This document shows positions 17,745 through 24,055 of a DNA stretch of 36,809 nt, in pieces (the first letter of the stretch is position 1; every line of letters starts with the position of its first letter). Source of the stretch: a virus. Its lineage: Duplodnaviria; Caudoviricetes. The position numbers and the translations under genes were made by a program. Below the pieces are notes generated by a model. The model was given only the letters and a program-made list of their open reading frames with translations, made no database searches and was not told where the DNA came from. The stretch lies in IMG/VR virus record IMGVR_UViG_3300032218_000799, positions 1 to 36,809 of that record. The stretch is one strand, 5' to 3'.

Positions 17745-18205
17745 TGGCTGAACCAATCCGCCAAGTTGGTGGTGATGGTACCCGTGAGCAGTTAGTTGCC
17801 AGCAAACTATCTGAGATGTTTAATTGGGATTTCTTTCCTACGCCACGTTATTACTTTATAGATTTTTTGGTAAACATTAATCATGGTAATGGCTACGCCA
17901 ATTACATTGGTGGCTTAGAAGTTAAGTGGTTGAACAGGCCAGCAAATTCTGAAGTTAAATTTCCTTATCAGAAGTTGCAGCAGATATGGTTAACTGAACC
18001 AGCAACTGATAGACCAGATGCCTACAATCGTATTGTCATACGTTACAAGGATGGTTTATTGGTTATGCCAGCTTATGCTTTACGCTGCTTAGATCCTATC
18101 TACGGTTTAACTCGTGTTGATACCAACGAACATGATTTCAACGTACACTTTAATGCCACCATAGATTTCCCACAGTATCTATTGCCGGTGGTTATCAATG
18201 AGTAA
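17741..18205 (+). CDS. Putative PD-(D/E)XK-family nuclease
   Basis: RE...IDF...LEVK pattern. Confidence 0.5.
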   Translation: MMAEPIRQVGGDGTREQLVASKLSEMFNWDFFPTPRYYFIDFLVNINHGNGYANYIGGLEVKWLNRPANSEVKFPYQKLQQIWLTEPATDRPDAYNRIVIRYKDGLLVMPAYALRCLDPIYGLTRVDTNEHDFNVHFNATIDFPQYLLPVVINE

Positions 18206-18854
18206 CTGGCTAGATGAGGCTACCGATATAGCTTCACAGGTAGCTCGTGTGGTTCATCGTAAGTACAATACTTATTTTGATGTGTCGGATGTGCGCCAAG
18301 AATTATTGGTGTGGATCTTGCGCCGTGAAAGTAAGGTTCGTGTATGGCTAGATCCTAGCCTTACGATAGAAGAATATCGTGGTGGCGTAAAACAATTAGG
18401 TAAGACGCTATCTCGCCAGGCAGATAAGTATTGTCGCAAGCGTAAGGCTCAATTCCTGGGCTATGCAGTTGAAGATGAGGCGTATTACTCGCCACTTACT
18501 TTATCCGAACTGCTGCCATTCGTATGGGCTGATGTTGTTGCTACAGCTGATACAACCAAGCCACGTGTATCTGGTGGTGGTGCGCCGGCAGAAGGTGGCA
18601 ACTATGTAGTACAATTAATTGATATACGGAAAGCTATCGCTAAGTTAGATGAGATGGATAGGGATGTGCTTCAACTTAAATTTGAAAATCAACTTACCTT
18701 TAGTCAAGTTGCAGAAGAACTCGGAGTGAGTGATACTACTGCTCATAGAAAAGTAGATGGTGCGTTACGTAGATTGAATAACCACCTTGGTGGTCAGTCA
18801 CCGTTTACTGATGAGATACCAGAGGATCATGTGGTAGAGGTAGAAGAAGAATAG
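18198..18854 (+). CDS. RNA polymerase sigma-factor-like protein (region 4 HTH)
   Basis: DVRQELLVW (region 2-like); LTFSQVAEELGVSDTTAHRKVDGALRRL HTH. Confidence 0.8.
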   Translation: MSNWLDEATDIASQVARVVHRKYNTYFDVSDVRQELLVWILRRESKVRVWLDPSLTIEEYRGGVKQLGKTLSRQADKYCRKRKAQFLGYAVEDEAYYSPLTLSELLPFVWADVVATADTTKPRVSGGGAPAEGGNYVVQLIDIRKAIAKLDEMDRDVLQLKFENQLTFSQVAEELGVSDTTAHRKVDGALRRLNNHLGGQSPFTDEIPEDHVVEVEEE

Positions 18855-18878
18855 GTTTGGATAAGGGGAAGATCCAAA

Positions 18879-18914
18879 AGAAAAAACCACCGGTTTCTAA
18901 TCGGTGGTTTTTCT
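18879..18914. terminator. Bidirectional terminator between the convergent arms
   Basis: AGAAAAAACCACCG...CGGTGGTTTTTCT with T-tracts on both strands. Confidence 0.88.
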
Positions 18915-18955
18915 CTTTCCTGCTACAAGCCTGGAAGGGGTAGCGAACAGGAAAG
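18915..18955 (-). ncRNA. Candidate 3'-UTR small RNA hairpin with loop CCCUUCCAGGCUU antisense to the early-gene initiation motif
   Basis: Stems CUUUCCU/AGGAAAG and GCUAC/GUAGC; loop complementary to (CCU)UGGAAGGG. Confidence 0.4.
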
Positions 18956-18961
18956 GCGCAA

Positions 18962-19075
18962 CTAATCTTCCATTAGTCTATCATATGCTTCGTCCGCCTG
19001 ATCCCATATTGATGGTTCTTCAAGCTCATCATCTATCGCTGCCGGATCTCCGTTCATCCATCGTGGATCTTTCAT
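18962..19075 (-). CDS. 37-aa acidic mini-protein
   Basis: MKDPRWMNGDPAAIDDELEEPSIWDQADEAYDRLMED; AAGGA RBS; ATGA overlap. Confidence 0.6.
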   Translation of the reverse strand: MKDPRWMNGDPAAIDDELEEPSIWDQADEAYDRLMED

Positions 19076-19248
19076 TTTGATTCCTTTTCTAATTTAACTC
19101 TGCCAATATATTCAAATCCTTTGCAGTCATAATATTCTCTAACTTTAAACAAATTATTGCAAGTGCAAATGTAAACTTGCCCATGTTGCCATCTACGGTT
19201 TAAAGCTGGCAACACACATAAATGATTACCTGCATAAATATTTTTCAT
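19072..19248 (-). CDS. Cys/His-containing small protein
   Basis: AAGGAG RBS before ATG 19248. Confidence 0.6.
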   Translation of the reverse strand: MKNIYAGNHLCVLPALNRRWQHGQVYICTCNNLFKVREYYDCKGFEYIGRVKLEKESK

Positions 19249-19445
19249 GTCAACTCCTTCTCTATGGCTTGTATCGTTGAGCATGGATAAGGAACATTGG
19301 GATTACATTCGTTGCATAGTTCCTCTAAATCACAGCAAGGCTTATGCAACTCCACTACTGCGCTCAGGGCAAAGTGAACATCTAAGTTATCGCATAAACT
19401 ATTGCGCTTCTCCCATAATCTTGCCAGTAATTCATCGTGCGTCAT
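19245..19445 (-). CDS. Small phage protein (MTHDELL...YPCxTIQAIEKEL type)
   Basis: GAAAGGAG RBS; HxP...CxxC...YPC. Confidence 0.7.
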   Translation of the reverse strand: MTHDELLARLWEKRNSLCDNLDVHFALSAVVELHKPCCDLEELCNECNPNVPYPCSTIQAIEKELT

Positions 19446-19515
19446 TTCAACTCCTTTCGTAAAATGGGATAATAAAACTCCGTAAAATGGTATAGTTTTT
19501 TAAGTTCGTGTGTCA

Positions 19516-19872
19516 TTAGTACCATCCCTTCCTGTATTCATGCGACAATGCTTCACATGCATCATTATGCCAGCGTTCTTTAATATAATTCAAGCCCCAA
19601 CGTAGCTGTGTCTGGTAATTATATTTCCAGTCATCGCCGTATCGTGCCATCCTATTTCCTGGTAACGCTTGTGGTATTCCGTATGCGTTGCCGTTGGTAG
19701 CGTTAAGCTGCCATTGGCTCTCTAGCGTCCACAATTTATCTAAGCAATGCCATTGGGCATTGGTACCATTCTGGTACCGATACATGCGTATGGCGAATGT
19801 TTTAGGGCTGCTCAAGTGATCTTTCGTAGCTTGAACCGGCACATTAAACCCTGATAACAATCCGATTAACAC
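19516..19872 (-). CDS. Lytic transglycosylase-like (SLT) protein
   Basis: CLDKLWTLESQW, AYGIPQAL, QLRWGLNYIKERW, C-terminal GWY; start uncertain. Confidence 0.85.
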   Translation of the reverse strand: MLIGLLSGFNVPVQATKDHLSSPKTFAIRMYRYQNGTNAQWHCLDKLWTLESQWQLNATNGNAYGIPQALPGNRMARYGDDWKYNYQTQLRWGLNYIKERWHNDACEALSHEYRKGWY

Positions 19873-19880
19873 AATTAAAG

Positions 19881-20303
19881 TTATTCTTCTGACTCTTTTT
19901 TGGGATACTTTCCGAGTAAATAATTTAGTTGTAATGATCTTGGCCTTTCTCTTCTGGGAATGTAATTAGGTACAATCCCTAGTTGATTAGCTCTCGCTCT
20001 TACTTTGTACTCCCAAGAATTAGATTGTGGGGGTATTAATCCGACAGCTCTTTGTCGCTCCATCGGTAATGTTCCTGCCCATATTCCAAAATCAATGGTG
20101 GATGAATCTTCCATTGCATATTCCAGACATGAACCATCTGTAAACAGCGGACATATATGGCACAATTCAATGGCAGATATAGCTTTTTTAAGGAATATTC
20201 TTAAATCTTCCTTCGTCTGAGTTCTTAGTTCTGTTGGATCTGGGAACCATAATTCTGGGTTCTCACTAGCACATATAGGTGATGTATCCGGTTTCAGTTT
20301 CAT
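19881..20303 (-). CDS. whiB: WhiB-family Fe-S transcription factor
   Basis: C..ENPELWFP...CHICP....SCLEYA...GIWAG..ER. Confidence 0.9.
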   Translation of the reverse strand: MKLKPDTSPICASENPELWFPDPTELRTQTKEDLRIFLKKAISAIELCHICPLFTDGSCLEYAMEDSSTIDFGIWAGTLPMERQRAVGLIPPQSNSWEYKVRARANQLGIVPNYIPRRERPRSLQLNYLLGKYPKKESEE

Positions 20304-20428
20304 TTGACTTGTTCACCGGATATATCAGCTAATGCTTGTTCATAGCCACGCTCCCACGCTTGTTGGATCGCTTGGTGCAGCGCGTCAGTAGCTCGTTCAG
20401 CTAAGGCTTCTGTCATTGATTTCGTCAT
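20300..20428 (-). CDS. 42-aa hypothetical protein
   Basis: MTKSMTEALAERATDALHQAIQQAWERGYEQA...; ATGA overlap with whiB. Confidence 0.6.
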   Translation of the reverse strand: MTKSMTEALAERATDALHQAIQQAWERGYEQALADISGEQVK

Positions 20429-20466
20429 TCGCTATCTCGTTCCTCTCTAGGTTGATTGGTAGGTTA

Positions 20467-20495
20467 AACATAATAAAATACCCCTAGATTGTCAA
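20467..20495 (-). promoter_or_regulatory. SigA-type leftward promoter for the whiB operon
   Basis: TTGACA (20495-20490), 17-nt spacer, TATGTT (20472-20467). Confidence 0.7.
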
Positions 20496-20514
20496 ACATC
20501 TAGGGGTATTATTT
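20473..20514. terminator. Terminator-like palindrome overlapping that promoter
   Basis: 13-bp inverted repeat AATACCCCTAGAT/ATCTAGGGGTATT flanked by A/T tracts. Confidence 0.7.
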
Positions 20515-20526
20515 ATCGTGTCGTTA

Positions 20527-20640
20527 TTAGTTATCGCCGTTGATGTTGCTTACCCATCCACATCTATCACAGATGATAAGCCCTTCCATAGTCATGGAAT
20601 CGCCGGACATTCTTCCGCCACAGCTCCAGCATTTATTCAT
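20527..20640 (-). CDS. 37-aa Zn-ribbon mini-protein
   Basis: MNKCWSCGG...IICDRCGW. Confidence 0.6.
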   Translation of the reverse strand: MNKCWSCGGRMSGDSMTMEGLIICDRCGWVSNINGDN

Positions 20641-20719
20641 CACTTTCACCATGATACATCTCTACTTCCTGCCAATATTCACACTTGATACAGTCGCATA
20701 TCCGGTAATCGTGTTTCAT
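20633..20719 (-). CDS. 28-aa Cys mini-protein
   Basis: MKHDYRICDCIKCEYW...; overlaps both neighbours. Confidence 0.45.
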   Translation of the reverse strand: MKHDYRICDCIKCEYWQEVEMYHGESDE

Positions 20720-21105
20720 TCGTCATCCCCACAATCGCATAAGTGACCGCACGTATAGCAGACATAAGCGCCGGTCAGATAAGTACGATAGCCATATGAA
20801 CGGGTACCATCGGAATTAATTTCGTACTTTCTTCCGCTGCTATCCACGCGTGGACAATCATCATATGGGAATTGTTCTTGCTGCTCACACTCACACCAAT
20901 TAAATTTTTCTACTTGCGAGGCGTGAGTGAGTTCCGCCATATCCTGCCAAGAATAAGATTCCTGGCTTGGATCTTGCGGATCTATAATATCGTCCGTCCG
21001 CCGTATCGTTCCTCTAGGCGAAAATATATTGGTCGCATGCTCCGCACCTACCAAAATATTTTGGACATTTTTTTGTAATTTGTCTAATCTGTCTAGTTTT
21101 CTCAT
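20716..21105 (-). CDS. Early hypothetical protein, Cys-rich C-terminus
   Basis: TGGAAGG motif before ATG 21105; CEC...CYTCGHLCDC. Confidence 0.7.
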   Translation of the reverse strand: MRKLDRLDKLQKNVQNILVGAEHATNIFSPRGTIRRTDDIIDPQDPSQESYSWQDMAELTHASQVEKFNWCECEQQEQFPYDDCPRVDSSGRKYEINSDGTRSYGYRTYLTGAYVCYTCGHLCDCGDDE

Positions 21106-21192
21106 GTTGAATCCTTCCAAGGTATCTAGTCTGACCTTAATCTAAGGCCAGATAACCGGACAGGATGCGAGATCCTGCCCGATTATCCGGTA
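21106..21192 (-). repeat. Early intergenic two-hairpin element D
   Basis: Long stem 21148-21190, second stem 21130-21152, TGGAAGG at 21119-21113. Confidence 0.75.
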
Positions 21193-21579
21193 TTAGCTGT
21201 CGGTATCTGTAGCTTGATCTAATAGTGCAGCGATCAGATCCCGTACACTTTCAACGGCGGACGCGTGCGCTTCATCCATCCGGTTGAAATTGTAACGCGT
21301 GGCCGATACTTTGCCAGCTAATCGGCTAACGTCAGTCTGAGAGCTTGAGTATTCAAAGTGAATCCCGATAGTGCCGGACTCTTGAACTGTACACGTGGCA
21401 ATAATTGACCGATAAGCCTTTTCTATCTTGTCGTGATAGGTGTAAACCTTGACACGGTAATTCTCCGGTGTAGTCCATGTCTCCGTTATCTTGCGCCGTG
21501 CGTCATTCTTAAATATCTCGTGGGATATTTCAGAAGTTACTTCCGGCGCTTGATCTTGCTTAGTTGTTGTCTTATTCAT
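21193..21579 (-). CDS. Early hypothetical protein
   Basis: 128 aa; TGGAAGG motif before the ATG. Confidence 0.7.
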   Translation of the reverse strand: MNKTTTKQDQAPEVTSEISHEIFKNDARRKITETWTTPENYRVKVYTYHDKIEKAYRSIIATCTVQESGTIGIHFEYSSSQTDVSRLAGKVSATRYNFNRMDEAHASAVESVRDLIAALLDQATDTDS

Positions 21580-21662
21580 GTTTATTCCTTCCATCCTTGT
21601 AACGATTACAAGGCCACCGGATAGGGGTTAGCCCTATCCGATAGTCCGGCAACAGTTAGCGT
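21580..21662 (-). repeat. Early intergenic two-hairpin element C
   Basis: Stems 21612-21646 and 21595-21613; TGGAAGG at 21593-21587. Confidence 0.75.
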
Positions 21663-22250
21663 CTATGCGGTCCGCATCGGCATCAGTAACACGGTCCATT
21701 TAATCGGGTCCGCTGCAAGCTCTGCGAGTAGTGGTTTATTCTCCGCTGTGAATTTCAAGACAAGCGGTTTAGCCTTGTCTATTCCTGGCAACTTAGCTAT
21801 ATCTGCCAAGAAGGCCGGATTGACCGCCATTCTTTCCACCGGATTAAATTCCGTTGGGATCAGTTGCTCATACGGTGGGAAAGTGCCATCAAAGGCCAGA
21901 AAAGTAATCTCGCCGGTGTCGGTGGATATAGTTACCTTACTTTCATTAATCGTAACCGTGACGCGTGGATTAATCGCGCGTCCGGTGAGTGGCTTAATGA
22001 ATGAGCGGATATTTTTTACGTCATCACGGTTTATATCAATGACGAAACTTTCCGCTGGTAGTGTCTCAAGATTATCGCCGGATAGTCTAGCGATATGCAA
22101 ACGGTAGCGATCAGTTGCAACGGCGATCAATTCTCCGGCCTTGTATTCTAGGTGAACGCAAGCCAACATTGGGAAATTCTTATCCGTTGCGAGTACCGTG
22201 CCAGTTAACATATTATCAAGATCCGGCGCGTTGATTGTGAATGTATTCAT
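21663..22250 (-). CDS. Truncated DNA polymerase III beta-clamp-like protein
   Basis: VATDRYRL, GTFPPYEQLIP, NPAFLAD, LLMPMR motifs; only 195 aa. Confidence 0.85.
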   Translation of the reverse strand: MNTFTINAPDLDNMLTGTVLATDKNFPMLACVHLEYKAGELIAVATDRYRLHIARLSGDNLETLPAESFVIDINRDDVKNIRSFIKPLTGRAINPRVTVTINESKVTISTDTGEITFLAFDGTFPPYEQLIPTEFNPVERMAVNPAFLADIAKLPGIDKAKPLVLKFTAENKPLLAELAADPIKWTVLLMPMRTA

Positions 22251-22337
22251 GTTATTTTTACCCTTCCATAGGTTTATTCTGATCCTAATTTAGGACCAGA
22301 CCACTAGACAGGGCATGCCCTGTCCAGCAGTCCGGCA
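22251..22337 (-). repeat. Early intergenic two-hairpin element B
   Basis: Stems 22296-22335 and 22279-22299; TGGAAGGG at 22268-22261. Confidence 0.75.
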
Positions 22338-22487
22338 CTACTTGAGCAGCGGATCTATATTACTCCACGTCCATCCGTTACCTGTCCACCAAACATGCGT
22401 GGCGATTAGATAAATTCCGATAAGTAACGCGGTCCAGAATATGACGCGCGTTAAGGTCCGGACACGGTAATAGTTGCGTGATCTCAT
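22338..22487 (-). CDS. 49-aa single-pass membrane protein
   Basis: Basic N-terminus plus TM segment VIFWTALLIGIYLIA; ATGA overlap. Confidence 0.65.
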   Translation of the reverse strand: MRSRNYYRVRTLTRVIFWTALLIGIYLIATHVWWTGNGWTWSNIDPLLK

Positions 22488-22903
22488 GCGCCGGCCTTTG
22501 CTCGTTCTATCTGGCATCCATGACATGGACACGCGCTAATTATTTCCACGCGTTGCGCTTGTAATTCTTTCCGTACCGTTGCACTATTTGGGAATCTGAA
22601 CGCATCCACCAAGTTACCGAACTTACAGAAGTACGCTAGAGAATACTCGCGTCCGTCCGAATCGTTGAATCCGGCGCGCTGCGTGGAAGTGATTACTACC
22701 CCACCGACACTATGTAACACTCTGAATCCCGTAACACGAGATCCAAAAAATTTCATAGTGCTAGGGGAGAAATAATACGTATTTAATTCCGTCAATATTC
22801 CGGCGGTTGTAGTCCGGTGATAATCCACCGGCCTACCGTTGCAGCCGTTGCACGTACACGGGAAACTAGGTATCTCGGTCCTGCTTGCTTGATCTGTATT
22901 CAT
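22484..22903 (-). CDS. Early hypothetical protein with terminal CxCxGC motifs
   Basis: CTCNGC...YFSPSTMKFFGSRV...CPCHGC. Confidence 0.75.
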   Translation of the reverse strand: MNTDQASRTEIPSFPCTCNGCNGRPVDYHRTTTAGILTELNTYYFSPSTMKFFGSRVTGFRVLHSVGGVVITSTQRAGFNDSDGREYSLAYFCKFGNLVDAFRFPNSATVRKELQAQRVEIISACPCHGCQIERAKAGA

Positions 22904-22994
22904 AATTTATTACCCTTCCATAGGTTATTTATTCCGGCTAATCACCGGCCACCGGCCAGAATATCGCTACTCTGGCCGATAGTCAACGATTAGA
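22904..22994 (-). repeat. Early intergenic two-hairpin element A
   Basis: Stems 22947-22984 and 22934-22948; TGGAAGGG at 22920-22913. Confidence 0.75.
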
Positions 22995-23372
22995 CTACGC
23001 GTCCGCCATCAATTCGCCCAAGGTATTGGGCGAGTCTGCAGATATTGGGTCGGTACTCGTTACGTCAAACACGTAACGCCAAGAGAAGCGCATCCGTTCG
23101 CTAGTACCTTCGGCATCCGCCATCATGCCCATAGGCACCAATATCGCTAGGCCTTTAGATCCTTTCCGGACAATTCTTCCGGCCTTGCGCCATTCATGGA
23201 ATCCGGCGCAATTGGTGGCGCTTGGATCTTGCGAGAGTATCGCATAACAATTCTTGGGAGAGAATCGGCCTAGTAATCTGAAAGGTATTTCAGCTCCGGC
23301 GCTCTCCATTGCATCCGCTGCAATTCTTAGCTCTTGGATAAATTGTGCCTTGTCTTGCTTGGATCTTGCCAT
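22995..23372 (-). CDS. ArdC-like N-terminal ssDNA-binding domain protein (anti-restriction candidate)
   Basis: FSPKN..IL.Q.P.AT..AGFHEWRKAGRIVRKGSKGLAILVP...VFDVTST. Confidence 0.85.
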   Translation of the reverse strand: MARSKQDKAQFIQELRIAADAMESAGAEIPFRLLGRFSPKNCYAILSQDPSATNCAGFHEWRKAGRIVRKGSKGLAILVPMGMMADAEGTSERMRFSWRYVFDVTSTDPISADSPNTLGELMADA

Positions 23373-23373
23373 G

Positions 23374-23547
23374 TTATGCACCAGCCTTCGGTGCCGGATT
23401 AATTGAGATTAGATTGAGCGGATCGGCACAGTTAGCGCATGTTGCATGGGCCCACGTTATGACCAGATCATGTTTTAACGTGTAAGTAACTGACGCGTCA
23501 CAATTGGAACACGTTAGATAGTGTTCCCACCAGATTATTTTATTCAT
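23374..23547 (-). CDS. First early gene: 57-aa Zn-ribbon protein (not in ORF track)
   Basis: MNKIIWWEHYLTCSNC...CANC...KAGA; TGGAAGGG motif. Confidence 0.7.
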   Translation of the reverse strand: MNKIIWWEHYLTCSNCDASVTYTLKHDLVITWAHATCANCADPLNLISINPAPKAGA

Positions 23548-23601
23548 AATTTATTACCCTTCCAAGGTGTCTTACTTGTTGCATCCTTTGCAACATGTCG
23601 G

Positions 23602-23631
23602 ACGATACGCGCAAGAATTAGCCCGTGTCAA
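23602..23631 (-). promoter_or_regulatory. Major leftward early promoter
   Basis: TTGACA (23631-23626), 18-nt spacer, TATCGT (23607-23602). Confidence 0.8.
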
Positions 23632-23764
23632 GCTATTTAAGGTGAACAATAGATGAACAATATTAAACACGCTCAAAATTAGACAAAATAGGCGCGTGTG
23701 TATACTTGACAAGATTACAGGGCACCGGCGCTACCTGTAACGGTGGCAAGAATTAGCCCATGTC
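23611..23764. repeat. 19-bp direct repeat GCAAGAATTAGCCCRTGTC (23611-23629, 23746-23764)
   Basis: 18 of 19 positions identical; first copy covers the promoter spacer and most of the -35. Confidence 0.8.
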
Positions 23765-23874
23765 TTACCCTTAGCCGGTGTCTAAAAGTGTCTTAGATTG
23801 AATCCTCAGGACGATAATTCTAAGCGTTCGGGTTTATTGTCCAGTCTATGAGCTTAAAAGGTACTCGCTGCAAT

Positions 23875-24055
23875 TGTTGCGCCGGTGGTGTTGGATCGTG
23901 TCGGTGGTGGTTGCATCCGGTGTCGGTGCATCCGATGGGTGATCGGTGTCTGGTTGGTGCTGGTGGTGCATCCGGTGGGTGGTGTGCTATCGGGTCGGTG
24001 CCGGTGGTGTTAGCTTGGTGGCGGTGGGGATCGGTGGTGTGCTATTGGATCGGCC
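23875..24055. repeat. G/T-skewed low-complexity tract of iterated (C)GGTG(GTG)
   Basis: Roughly 20 GGTG units, TGCATCCG three times, GGTGGTGTGCTAT twice; very few A. Confidence 0.8.

Noticed and set aside
20581-20591. Additional CTATGGAAGGG copy as a sixth leader
   Set aside because: Lies inside a small CDS with no hairpins or suitable downstream start; may be chance, though it is a possible extra sRNA target.
21106-22994. Intergenic hairpins as integron attC sites or a CRISPR array
   Set aside because: No paired RYYYAAC/GTTRRRY ends and no integrase in the window. Repeats are non-identical and separated by whole genes rather than spacers.
21106-22994. Elements as known self-cleaving ribozymes (hammerhead, twister, pistol, HDV-like)
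   Set aside because: Catalytic-core consensus nucleotides were not recognisable by eye; a formal Rfam search is still needed.
23959-23966. E. coli Chi site GCTGGTGG
   Set aside because: Single copy, expected by chance in a GGTG-rich tract; the host is probably actinobacterial.
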